A stretch of 32,000 nucleotides of DNA, from positions 30,001 through 62,000 of the forward strand of contig NZ_RSDW01000001.1 of NCBI RefSeq assembly GCF_003945235.1, written 5' to 3'. Below, piece by piece: positions 16,176 to 25,237 of this stretch (the first letter of the stretch is position 1; each line of letters opens with the position of its first letter). The DNA is from Edaphobacter aggregans (GTDB taxonomy: Bacteria > Acidobacteriota > Terriglobia > Terriglobales > Acidobacteriaceae). The notes under the pieces are model-generated. The model worked only from the letters and a program-made list of their open reading frames with translations, did no database searches and was not told the origin of the DNA. The position numbers and the translations under genes were made by a program.

Positions 16176-17219
16176 ATGCCCATCGATCCTATTCAGCTCA
16201 CCAAGCAGCTCGTGGATATTGAGTCCACCACCTATTGCGAGGGGCCAGCGGGAGCTTTTCTCTACGAATACCTAACCGATCAGCGTTACGCAGTCGAGCG
16301 CACCCGTGTCGCCCAGCCCGACCACTCCTGCACTCCCGGCGCCGGCAACGGAGATCGCTTCAACGTCTACGCCGCGCTCCCCGGCGTCACCCCGGACGTC
16401 GTCCTCTCGACCCACATGGATACTGTCCCCCCCTACTTTGGCTGCACCGAGGACGATGAGTTCCTCTACGGCCGCGGCTCCTGCGACGCCAAAGGCATCA
16501 TCGCCGCGCAGGTCGCCGCAGCAGATCGCCTCCGCGAAGCCGGAGTCAAAGTAGGTCTGCTCTTCGTAGTCGGCGAAGAACGTGACTCCGCAGGCGCCGC
16601 CGTCGCGAATCTCCATCCAAAGGGATCGAAGTTTCTGATCAACGGCGAGCCCACAGACAACCGCCTCGCCCTCGCCTCCAAAGGAGCCCTGCGCGTCGAA
16701 CTCCGCGCCAAAGGCAAGATGGCCCACTCGGCCTACCCGGAGCTGGGCGACTCTGCCATCGACAAACTCATCGCCGCTCTCCACGACATCCTCGCCATGC
16801 CGCTACCCGTCGAGCCTGATCTTGGAGAGTCCGGCGCCTCCACCCTGAACATCGGCCTCATCGAAGGGGGCCGCGCTCCCAACGTCATCGCCGACAAGGC
16901 CGAGGCCCACATCCTCATCCGCCTCGTAGGCCCAGCCGACGAGACCAAGCAAAACATCATTAAGACAGTAGGCGACCGCGCCGATGTAACCTTCTCACTC
17001 GAACTACCCTTCGTCCGAATGCGCAAGGTCGGTAACCTGCCGACAATGGTCGCAAAGTTCACCACGGACATCCCTTCGCTGACGAACTGGGGCGAACCGT
17101 TCCTGCTAGGCCCCGGCTCCATCCACGTCGCGCACACACCGAACGAGAAGATCAGCAAGAAAGAGCTGCACGAGGCTGTCGATCTCTACACCGATCTGGC
17201 CGTCAGCCTCGTCAGCTAA
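16176..17219 (+). CDS. M20-family metallohydrolase (ArgE/DapE/acetylornithine-deacetylase-like)
   Basis: 347-aa ORF. Metal ligand motifs 'STHMDTVPP', 'GRGSCDAKG', 'VVGEERDS', 'MAHSAYPELG', 'GSIHVAHTPNE'. GGAG lies 4 nt before the ATG. Confidence 0.85.
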   Translation: MPIDPIQLTKQLVDIESTTYCEGPAGAFLYEYLTDQRYAVERTRVAQPDHSCTPGAGNGDRFNVYAALPGVTPDVVLSTHMDTVPPYFGCTEDDEFLYGRGSCDAKGIIAAQVAAADRLREAGVKVGLLFVVGEERDSAGAAVANLHPKGSKFLINGEPTDNRLALASKGALRVELRAKGKMAHSAYPELGDSAIDKLIAALHDILAMPLPVEPDLGESGASTLNIGLIEGGRAPNVIADKAEAHILIRLVGPADETKQNIIKTVGDRADVTFSLELPFVRMRKVGNLPTMVAKFTTDIPSLTNWGEPFLLGPGSIHVAHTPNEKISKKELHEAVDLYTDLAVSLVS

Positions 17220-17237
17220 AAAGAGACTGGCCCTGAC

Positions 17238-18068
17238 TTACTTTCCGAAAGACTCAGCTTCAATCGACTGCACTGTAAGGTGAGTTTTCTCCTGCAGAAG
17301 AGCAAGAAGCGTTGGATCAATCTCTTTTTGCCGTCCGCGATTGTCGGCAGATGACCAACGGCTGCCATCAGCGAATTCTAAGACGATGGCAGGGCTGTGC
17401 TGGAGAGTGCCATCTCGAAGACGAACTCCGTCGACTGTCAAGACGGTTTTTATGTCGGAATAAGGATGATAGGTGGAGCGTAAGGATGCATATCCGCCGA
17501 TCTTGAGACCATCCTGGTCAAACGATGTATGCAAAGGCAGAGCCAGTAAAGTCAAACAGCCGATTGGTAACGCGACAAAAACTATCAGAATCCTCAAAAC
17601 GCGAGTCGCATTGAAACCCATTTTAGCGTTAGACCAAGCGGCATATTTCATTGCTCGCTGTCTATTTCCAAATGTCGACCAGGCGATAAACGTCAGTTCC
17701 CATGTCAACGAAGCAGCGCCGAATAGGGGAAAGAAACACCATATAGCCCTTTCGGGCAAAAGGGTAAGAATGGCGGGATTGTCTCGACCAGCCAATAATC
17801 CATTAGCCCAAAGAAGGAACGTATAGCTCCCGTAGGCAAACGTTGCCGCGACAAGGATCATTACTAGAGCCAAACCCCACTGCAGTTTAGAGAATTCCTC
17901 TGTGAGTTCACTCGAGACCTGAGTGCTTTCAGGAGGAGGCGGCATATACTTGCGGGCTAATGCAAAGACCAAGGCAACCGCAGCAGGCACAGCAATACGT
18001 CGGGCGATTTCAGCGAAGGCTTGGAGATGACTCATGGAATAGCTCGAGTCTAACCGAAGGAAAGTCAA
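17238..18068 (-). CDS. Hypothetical membrane protein (about 4 TM plus C-terminal soluble domain), low-GC orphan
   Basis: 276-aa ORF; the start may be Met12 (MSHLQAF, 18035). Hydrophobic helices 'IAVPAAVALVFALA', 'GLALVMILVAATFAYGSYTFLLW', 'AIWCFFPLFGAASLTWELTFIAW', 'VLRILIVFVALPIGCLTLLAL'. Lines 17521-17640 count 45% G+C, against 60-65% in neighbouring genes. Confidence 0.6.
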   Translation of the reverse strand: MTFLRLDSSYSMSHLQAFAEIARRIAVPAAVALVFALARKYMPPPPESTQVSSELTEEFSKLQWGLALVMILVAATFAYGSYTFLLWANGLLAGRDNPAILTLLPERAIWCFFPLFGAASLTWELTFIAWSTFGNRQRAMKYAAWSNAKMGFNATRVLRILIVFVALPIGCLTLLALPLHTSFDQDGLKIGGYASLRSTYHPYSDIKTVLTVDGVRLRDGTLQHSPAIVLEFADGSRWSSADNRGRQKEIDPTLLALLQEKTHLTVQSIEAESFGK

Positions 18069-18188
18069 TCACCAATGCAAGAAGAAGTCCGTAAGCGCCG
18101 ACTTCAGCCTAGTCAGCTAGAACCCGCGTCGATACCGGCTGAATTAGGCCCCCGTTTTCCTCACCCGACAGGGGCTTAACATGGAACT

Positions 18189-21100
18189 ATGGCAGCAGAG
18201 TTCACCCACCTCCATCTTCACACCGATTACTCCCTCCTCGATGGTGCCTGCGACGTAGACAAGCTCGCCTCCCACCTCAGCAAAATCGGCCAGACTGCTG
18301 CCGCCATGACCGACCATGGCAACATCTACGGAGCCGTCCACTTCTTCGACGCCATGCAGAAGAAGAACATCAAGCCCATCCTCGGCTGCGAACTCTACCT
18401 CTCCGAGACCGACGACCACCGCGAACTCAGCGGCGGCTATAAGCACTTTCTAGTTCTCGCCGAGAACGAAACCGGCTACAAGAACCTCGTCCGTCTCACC
18501 AGCGAGGCTGCACTCCACGGCTTCTATCGCAAACCCCGCGTCTCCAAAGAATTTCTTTCCCGGCACTCCGAAGGCCTAATCGGCTTCTCTGGCTGCCTCG
18601 CTGGCGAACTCAACCAGAACCTGATGGCGGGTAAGTACGACGAGGCCAAGCGCACCGCAGGCCGGTTCGAAGAGATCTTCGGCAAGGGAAACTTCTTCCT
18701 CGAGATCCAGGACCACGGCCTTCAACCCGATAAAGCCGTCTGCGAAGCGCTCTACAAACTCGAGCGCGACCTTAACATCCCGCTCATCGCAACCAACGAC
18801 AGCCACTACGTCGCCGCAGACGACTCCCGCGCCCACGAGATCCTTCTCTGTGTCCAGACCGCCGGGAGCATGAACGACCCCAACCGGTTCAAGTTCGACA
18901 CGCAGGAGTTCTACATCAAGTCGGCCGACGAGATGCACCGCACCTTCCGCGAGCATCCCGAGGTCTGCACCCGCACCATGCAGTTCATCGACCGCTGCAA
19001 CCTCAAGCTCAGCAAGGTCGACAACCCATTCCCCGAGTTTCCCGTCCCCGAAGGCCACACCCTCGACAGCTACTTCGAGGAGGTCTGCCGCGAGGGCCTC
19101 CGAAAGCGACTCGACACTGCCGTCGCCCACCTGCGCGAACGCGGCCTCCTACGCAAGACAATCGCCGACTACGAAGCGCGCCTCAACCGCGAACTAGACT
19201 GCATCAAACAGATGAAGTTTCCCGGCTATTTCATGATTGTCTGGGACTTTATCCGCTACGCCAAGGAGCAGGGAATCCCCGTAGGACCGGGCCGTGGTTC
19301 CGCCGCCGGCTCGCTCGTCGCCTACGTCATGGAGATCACGGACATCGATCCGCTCCAGAACGAGCTGCTCTTCGAGCGCTTCCTGAACCCCGAGCGAATA
19401 TCGATGCCCGATATCGACATCGACTTCTGCATGAATCGCCGCGGCGAGGTCATCGAGTACGTCAAGCGTCGCTACGGCACCGATCAGGTTGCGCAGATCA
19501 TCACCTTCAATACCATGGCCGCAAAAGCAGCCATCAAAGACGTAGGCCGCGCACTAGAAATGCCCTACGGCGAAGTCGATCGCATCGCGAAGATGATCCC
19601 GACGACCATCGGCATCACCATCGACGAAGCCCTCAAAGACAAAGGCCCGCTCGCCGGCGCCTACGACGCCGACCCAAAGATTAAAGAGCTCATCGACACG
19701 GCAATGCGCCTCGAAGGCCTCGTTCGCGGAGCCGGTGTTCACGCTGCCGGCGTCGTCATCGCACCCAAGCCCCTCACCGAACTCGTCCCCGTAACCCGCA
19801 CCAAGGACGAGGCCATCGTCACCTCCTATGACATGAAGGCCGTCGAAAAAATGGGCCTTCTGAAGATGGACTTCCTTGGCCTCACCACCCTAACCGTCAT
19901 CGACGACTGCCTCAAACTCATCAAGCAGACCACAGGCGAAGACGTCGACATGGCCAAAGTCCCGCTCGACGACCACACCACTTACGAGCAGGTCTTCCAC
20001 CGCGCCCTCACGTCCGGCGTCTTCCAGTTCGAATCCGGCGGCATGCGCGACGTGCTCCGCCGCTACAAGCCCAACACCGTCGAAGACCTCACTGCCCTCA
20101 ACGCGCTCTATCGCCCCGGCCCCATTCAGGGAGGCATGATCGACGACTTCATCGAGCGCAAATGGGGCCGCCGCGCCGTTGAGTTCCTCTTTCCCGAACT
20201 CGAACCCATCCTGCACGAGACCCTCGGCGTCATCGTCTACCAGGAGCAGGTCATGCAGATCAGCTCCGTCATTGGCGGCTACTCCCTCGGTGGCGCCGAT
20301 CTTCTCCGTCGCGCCATGGGTAAAAAAGATCCCGCCGAGATGGCCAAGCAGCGCGACATCTTCATGGCCGGAGCAGCTTCAAGCAAGTTCCCCAAGGACA
20401 AAGCCGGTCAACTCTTCGACCTGATGGAGCAGTTCGCCGGATACGGCTTCAACAAGTCGCACTCCGCCGCCTACGCTCTGCTCGCGTATCACACCGCATG
20501 GCTTAAGACGCACTACCCCGTCGAGTTCATGGCCGCACTCCTCACCAGCGAAACATCAAAGCCCGAAAACGTCGTCAAGTACATCGGCGAGTGCCGCGAG
20601 ATGAACATCGCCGTCGTTCCGCCCAACGTCCAGATATCCGACGCCAACTTTACCCCAATCGTCACCGACAAGGGCAAGGCAATCGGCTTTGGCCTCGCTG
20701 CTATCAAGAACGTCGGCCACAATGCCATCGAATCCATCATCGCCGCCCGCGCCGCACTTCGAGCGGAAGGGAAGCAGGGCTTCGCCAGCCTCTGGGAGTT
20801 CTGCGAAAAGGTTGACCTAAGCCGTCTCAACAAGCGCGTGCTCGAATCGTTGAACAAAGCCGGAGCCATGGACGCATTCGGAGCCCGAGCACAGATCGCC
20901 GGAGCCCTCGACAAGGCAATGGAGCGTGCTCAAAAAGCACAGCGCGACGCCGCAGCCGGACAGCACGGCCTCTTCGGCATTTTCGACTCCGACATCAGTA
21001 CCGATGCCAGTAGCGAAGACGCACTCCCATCCGTAGCCGAGTGGGACGAACATACCCGCCTCCAAAATGAAAAAGAAGTCCTCGGCTTCTTCGTCTCCGG

Positions 21101-21722
21101 CCACCCCATGGACAAGTACCGCGAAAAGCTTCGCAACATGAAGGTCGTCGACACCGCCACCGCAGTCGAAATGAAGCCCGAGCCGCAAGTCTTCCGTCGT
21201 GGCAATCAAGAGCCGCAAAATGAGATCGCCATCGCCGGAGTTATCACCGGCCTCAAAGTCGCCAAATCCAAGCGCTCCGGCGAACTCTACGCCCAGGCCG
21301 CACTCGAAGACACCACCGGCAAGATCGAGCTCATCGCCTTCCCGCAGTCCTACGAGAAGCTAGCCGAAAAACTCAAGATCGACGTTCCCGTCCTCGTCCG
21401 AGGCGTCCTGCGCGGCGAAGAAGACTCAGCCCCCAAACTCGCCATCTCCAGCATCCAGGCCCTCGAAGACGTCAAGCTCAAGCTCCCCGAAGCCCTGCGC
21501 ATCAAGGTACCGCTGCACAATCCCGACGTCGCCCTGCTCGACAAGCTCCACGCCATCCTCGTCAACGCCCCGGGCAAAGGCAAGCTGCTGCTCGACCTCG
21601 AAGAGCCCGGCGAGTTCTGCGCAGTCCTCGAACCCCACGACGTCATGGTCGCCGCCGACCGCCTCTTCATCGACCAAGTCGAAGAGCTCGTAGGCCAGGG
21701 CGGAGTCCGGGTCATCGAATAG
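18189..21722 (+). CDS. dnaE: DNA polymerase III alpha subunit
   Basis: 1177-aa ORF. PHP domain 'FTHLHLHTDYSLLDG'. Polymerase core motifs 'GPGRGSAAGSLVAY', 'MPDIDIDF', 'GYGFNKSHSAAYA'. C-terminal OB-fold region. Normal length, no intein-sized insertion. Confidence 0.97.
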   Translation: MAAEFTHLHLHTDYSLLDGACDVDKLASHLSKIGQTAAAMTDHGNIYGAVHFFDAMQKKNIKPILGCELYLSETDDHRELSGGYKHFLVLAENETGYKNLVRLTSEAALHGFYRKPRVSKEFLSRHSEGLIGFSGCLAGELNQNLMAGKYDEAKRTAGRFEEIFGKGNFFLEIQDHGLQPDKAVCEALYKLERDLNIPLIATNDSHYVAADDSRAHEILLCVQTAGSMNDPNRFKFDTQEFYIKSADEMHRTFREHPEVCTRTMQFIDRCNLKLSKVDNPFPEFPVPEGHTLDSYFEEVCREGLRKRLDTAVAHLRERGLLRKTIADYEARLNRELDCIKQMKFPGYFMIVWDFIRYAKEQGIPVGPGRGSAAGSLVAYVMEITDIDPLQNELLFERFLNPERISMPDIDIDFCMNRRGEVIEYVKRRYGTDQVAQIITFNTMAAKAAIKDVGRALEMPYGEVDRIAKMIPTTIGITIDEALKDKGPLAGAYDADPKIKELIDTAMRLEGLVRGAGVHAAGVVIAPKPLTELVPVTRTKDEAIVTSYDMKAVEKMGLLKMDFLGLTTLTVIDDCLKLIKQTTGEDVDMAKVPLDDHTTYEQVFHRALTSGVFQFESGGMRDVLRRYKPNTVEDLTALNALYRPGPIQGGMIDDFIERKWGRRAVEFLFPELEPILHETLGVIVYQEQVMQISSVIGGYSLGGADLLRRAMGKKDPAEMAKQRDIFMAGAASSKFPKDKAGQLFDLMEQFAGYGFNKSHSAAYALLAYHTAWLKTHYPVEFMAALLTSETSKPENVVKYIGECREMNIAVVPPNVQISDANFTPIVTDKGKAIGFGLAAIKNVGHNAIESIIAARAALRAEGKQGFASLWEFCEKVDLSRLNKRVLESLNKAGAMDAFGARAQIAGALDKAMERAQKAQRDAAAGQHGLFGIFDSDISTDASSEDALPSVAEWDEHTRLQNEKEVLGFFVSGHPMDKYREKLRNMKVVDTATAVEMKPEPQVFRRGNQEPQNEIAIAGVITGLKVAKSKRSGELYAQAALEDTTGKIELIAFPQSYEKLAEKLKIDVPVLVRGVLRGEEDSAPKLAISSIQALEDVKLKLPEALRIKVPLHNPDVALLDKLHAILVNAPGKGKLLLDLEEPGEFCAVLEPHDVMVAADRLFIDQVEELVGQGGVRVIE

Positions 21723-21723
21723 A

Positions 21724-21810
21724 CGATCGCGGACCTCACGGATGAACGCGGATCAAAGCCAGTATTTAAATCGTTTTTAATCCGCGAGATTCCGTGAAGA
21801 TCCGCGGTCG
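21724..21810. repeat. 87-bp imperfect dyad of phased hexamers around an AT-rich core
   Basis: Left arm CGATCGCGGA-cct-CACGGA-tgaa-CGCGGAT (21724-21753). Right arm AATCCGCG-agat-TCCGTG-aaga-TCCGCGGTCG (21780-21810). The hexamers are complementary between arms and the spacers are not. Right-arm hexamers start at 21781, 21791 and 21801 (exact 10-bp period). The 26-nt core is 27% G+C and contains the palindrome ATTTAAAT (21764-21771). Confidence 0.6.
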
Positions 21811-21813
21811 ACC

Positions 21814-23550
21814 ATGTACTGTGTCAGCATGGCCCGTACAGTGAAGCTCTCCGCACTACTCTGCGCCGTCCTGCTCGTCTGCCTCCAACCAGCTCACGCC
21901 GCATTCGATCACTCGAAACTTGAAGCTCTGAGTGCCTCTTTCTGGCAGTGGCGAGCCACCGAGCAGCCCTTCACCAACGACGACATCCCCCGCATCGAAC
22001 GCGCCCCAGACTTCGTCGTCGACTGGTCACCGGCGGCCGTCAAACGCTACCATGCCCGCATCACCGACTTCGAAAAGCAATGGCGCACAATCGACATCAC
22101 CGGCGCGTCCATTCAGGATCAAATCGACTACCGCCTCCTCGGCTCTGCTATCGCCCGCGTCTACTGGGAACTCGACGTCATCCCCGACTGGCGCCGCAAC
22201 CCCGGCTTCTACGTCGATCAGAGCCTCGGCAGCGTCTACGCCGTTCTACTCCCGCCGCCTCCGATTCAGGCAGACCGTCAAAAACAAATCATCGCCCGAC
22301 TGCAACGCATCCCCGCAACACTCACCATCGCTCGCGAAAACCTCGACGACATGCGCGGCCCCTACATGCGCATCACACTCGACTCACTCCAAAACATCGA
22401 AACCCGCCTCCAGACCTTCAAGTCCGCGCTCTTGCCGGAGTTGGCTCCAGAAAATCGCGCTCCCTTCGAGAAGGCCACCGCCGCCGCACAGGACGCCCTC
22501 GTCAGCTATCGTCAATGGCTCCAGACCAAATCCGCGGGCCTGCCCGAGAAGACAGCAGTAGGCCGCGAAGCCTATCTCTACTTCCTCCACAACGTAGCCC
22601 TCATGTCATGGACGCCCGAGCAGATGCTCACCGCCGGTCGTCAGGAGTGGGAGCGTTCTGTCGCCTTCGAGAGCCTCGCCCAAGCAGCCAACACCGGCAA
22701 GCCGCAGCCACCACTCTTTCACAGCCTCGAAGCCCAAATCGCCAGCGGCGAAAGGGAAGAGCTGGCCATGCGCGAGTACCTCGTCAGCCACGGCATCCTC
22801 TCCGTTCCGTCAGACGTCCAGCACTATCACGACATGGCGATGCCCGCCTACATCGTGCCGCTCTCCTTTCTCGGAGTCACCGACGACCTCACCGGGCCAT
22901 CCCGGCTCGATCAAAACAGCGTCAGCTACAAGCGCCCACCCAGCACAAAGCTGGGCTTCTTCGCACTGGTCAGCGCACACGACACCCGCCCACTTATGAT
23001 CCACGAAGGCGTCCCCGGCCACTACTTCCAAATGGCCTGGAGCTGGCACCACCCCGACCCCATCCGCCGTCACTACTACGACTCCGAATCGAACGAAGGC
23101 ATCGGCTTCTACGCCGAAGAGATGATGCTGCAAGCCGGTCTCTTCGACTCCACGCCCCGCATGAAGGAGAGCATCTACAGCATGATGCGGCTCCGCGCCC
23201 TCCGCGTCGAAGTAGACGTCCGCCTCGCACTAGGCGAGTTCACACTCGAGCAAGCCGCAGACTATCTAGCCTTCACCGTCCCCATGGACAAGGGCACAGC
23301 AAGCAGCGAGGCTGCCATGTTCGCCTCCACCCCCGGCCAGGCCATCACCTACCAAATCGGCAAGCTCGACATCATGCGCATGCTCTCCGAAGCCCGCCGC
23401 AAACAAGGCGACAACTTCAAACTCCAGACCTTCCACGACTTCATCTGGCTCAACGGCAACTTACCCTTTTCGCTCCAACGATGGGAGATGCTCAACGATC
23501 CCAGCGACATCCCACCGATCCCCGCAAGCTTCTCCTGGAGCGGCCGATAG
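21814..23550 (+). CDS. Secreted DUF885-family protein (putative metallopeptidase-like)
   Basis: 578-aa ORF (alternative start Met6 at 21829). Signal peptide 'LSALLCAVLLVCLQPAHA|A'. Family-typical 'HEGVPGHYFQ' motif. Confidence 0.8.
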   Translation: MYCVSMARTVKLSALLCAVLLVCLQPAHAAFDHSKLEALSASFWQWRATEQPFTNDDIPRIERAPDFVVDWSPAAVKRYHARITDFEKQWRTIDITGASIQDQIDYRLLGSAIARVYWELDVIPDWRRNPGFYVDQSLGSVYAVLLPPPPIQADRQKQIIARLQRIPATLTIARENLDDMRGPYMRITLDSLQNIETRLQTFKSALLPELAPENRAPFEKATAAAQDALVSYRQWLQTKSAGLPEKTAVGREAYLYFLHNVALMSWTPEQMLTAGRQEWERSVAFESLAQAANTGKPQPPLFHSLEAQIASGEREELAMREYLVSHGILSVPSDVQHYHDMAMPAYIVPLSFLGVTDDLTGPSRLDQNSVSYKRPPSTKLGFFALVSAHDTRPLMIHEGVPGHYFQMAWSWHHPDPIRRHYYDSESNEGIGFYAEEMMLQAGLFDSTPRMKESIYSMMRLRALRVEVDVRLALGEFTLEQAADYLAFTVPMDKGTASSEAAMFASTPGQAITYQIGKLDIMRMLSEARRKQGDNFKLQTFHDFIWLNGNLPFSLQRWEMLNDPSDIPPIPASFSWSGR

Positions 23551-23734
23551 CGTTCTCCAGCTGGCAGACACTTCCAAGTTGCGCAGACTTGCTATTCCAC
23601 CAAAGACGTAGGGAATGGGATGGGCAGAAAAACTGTCTGCACACAACTTCTTCTTTGGCGCTGTGTACTATCAGTGAGCGCAAAAGCAGGCAACTCATTG
23701 TGCAGATCGTCCAGTCGTTAGAAAGGCCCATTAC

Positions 23735-24199
23735 GTGCGTTTTTTTAAATCTCTTATCGTCGCTTTACTCGTCTTCTTTGCCGCTAATCTCTTTGGCGGC
23801 CGTGCTCAGGCCCAGCAGGTACCCGGTCCACATCCGGCTTATCTCCATGCTTTGAGCGATCTCCGTCTTGCCCGTGCGTATCTTGATCAACTGGGACCCA
23901 ATGGACGCGTTGATGACCGCGAGGCTCGGGCGATCGAGCAAATCGACGCTGCTATTGGCGAGATCAAGCGCGCCTCCATCGACGACGGCAAGGACCTGCG
24001 CGACCATCAGCCGATCGATGCACACCTGGCCCGCACAGATCGCTTCCACAATGCGGAGCGGCTCCTCGGCAAAGCGCATAACGACCTCTCCCGTGCCGAA
24101 GACGTACCCTCGTCCCGTGGACTCCGCGACCGCGCTCTCGATCACATTGATCGCGCGTGGCACAACACGCAGGAAGCGCTCAACAGTGCCCTCCAGTAA
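23735..24199 (+). CDS. Hypothetical secreted all-helical protein with internal two-fold repeat
   Basis: 154-aa ORF with a GTG start. Signal peptide 'FFKSLIVALLVFFAANLFGGRAQA|QQ'. Repeated helix pairs ('HPAYLHALSDLRLARAYL' / 'FHNAERLLGKAHNDLSRA' and 'ARAIEQIDAAIGEIKRA' / 'DRALDHIDRAWHNTQEA'). Confidence 0.6.
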   Translation: MRFFKSLIVALLVFFAANLFGGRAQAQQVPGPHPAYLHALSDLRLARAYLDQLGPNGRVDDREARAIEQIDAAIGEIKRASIDDGKDLRDHQPIDAHLARTDRFHNAERLLGKAHNDLSRAEDVPSSRGLRDRALDHIDRAWHNTQEALNSALQ

Positions 24200-24223
24200 C
24201 GATCACTGACAACCGGAACATCC

Positions 24224-25213
24224 ATGAGCATCGCCACCGCGGTGCTCATGCCGTTTAAACTCAACTTTTTTCGGCAGACTCTGAAACCTGACGTACCGCC
24301 CCCGGATATTCTGCTCCGCCGTATACAATCAAATCTGAGCTTTACCGAAATCGACATGGCAGAACACCAAACCAGCAAAGCAGGCCACCACTCTCCCGCT
24401 CCGGCTCCTGTTCCCGAGGCTTGGGTCAAAACAGAGCTGGCGCGGCACCCGCAACGCCCATATCCAATGGACTTCATCGAAGCACTCTTCACCGACTTCA
24501 GCGAGATCCACGGCGACCGTGCCTTTGGCGACGACGGCGCGATGTCCTGCGGTATGGCGAACTTCAACGGCGAACCGGTCCTCGTCGTTGGAAACCTTAA
24601 AGGTCGCACCCTCAAGGAGCGCGTAGCCCGCAAGTTCGGCTCGCCCGATCCCGAAGGCTATCGCAAAGCTCTCCGCTGCATGAGGATCGCCGAAAAATTT
24701 GGCCGCCCCATCTTCACCTTCATCGATCTTGCAGGAGCCAACCCCGGCATCGGTGCCGAAGAGCGTGGTCAGGGCGAAGCCATCGCCCGCAACCTCATCG
24801 AAATGTCGCGCCTCCGCGTCCCCACCATCGCCACCATCACCGGCGAAGGCGGCTCAGGTGGCGCCCTCGCTCTGGCCGTAGCCGACCGGGTCCTCATGCT
24901 CGAGAACGCAATCTATTCGGTCATCTCCCCCGAAGGCTGCGCCTCCATCATGTGGAAAGACGCCGCCAAGAAACAGCAAGCAGCAGCCGCTCTCAAGTAC
25001 ACCGCAACCGACGTTCAGCTACTAGGTTGCGTCGACGATGTCATCCCCGAGCCCGAAGGCGGCACGCAGAACGACCCCGCCGTCGCCATGTCCATCGTCG
25101 GCGAAAAACTCCGTTACCACCTCGGCTCCCTTCGCTCTCTGTCGCTCGATGATCTTCTCGAGCAGCGCTACCAGAAGTTCCGGAATATCGCGCAGTTTTA
25201 CACCACCGCCTAG
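24224..25213 (+). CDS. accA: Acetyl-CoA carboxylase carboxyltransferase alpha subunit
   Basis: 329-aa ORF. 'LARHPQRPYPMDF', 'GSPDPEGYRKALRCMRIAEKFGRPIFTFIDLAGANPGIGAEERGQGEAIARNL' and 'GEGGSGGALA' closely parallel E. coli AccA as I recall it. The start is uncertain: ATG 24356 is possible, but the longer form matches the usual ~65-70 aa preceding the ARHP motif. Confidence 0.93.
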   Translation: MSIATAVLMPFKLNFFRQTLKPDVPPPDILLRRIQSNLSFTEIDMAEHQTSKAGHHSPAPAPVPEAWVKTELARHPQRPYPMDFIEALFTDFSEIHGDRAFGDDGAMSCGMANFNGEPVLVVGNLKGRTLKERVARKFGSPDPEGYRKALRCMRIAEKFGRPIFTFIDLAGANPGIGAEERGQGEAIARNLIEMSRLRVPTIATITGEGGSGGALALAVADRVLMLENAIYSVISPEGCASIMWKDAAKKQQAAAALKYTATDVQLLGCVDDVIPEPEGGTQNDPAVAMSIVGEKLRYHLGSLRSLSLDDLLEQRYQKFRNIAQFYTTA

Positions 25214-25237
25214 CGGTCCAGCACCTCCACGGAGCAC

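Noticed and set aside
23551-23734. Checked the 184-nt gap for small ORFs, RNAs and a sigma-54 promoter (TGGCAG...TTGCG at 23562-23585).
   Set aside because: The GG-to-GC spacing is about 5 nt too long. The only ORF (20 codons from ATG 23616) lacks an SD and any features. The hairpins are 5-6 bp or shorter.
21948-23855. 635-aa Arg/Pro/His-rich ORF in an alternative plus-strand frame, overlapping the DUF885 gene and running beyond it.
   Set aside because: The composition (long runs of R, P, H, S) is the typical off-frame read of GC-rich coding DNA. The co-located frame at 21814-23550 has a signal peptide and a family motif. Its length is explained by stop-codon paucity, not coding.
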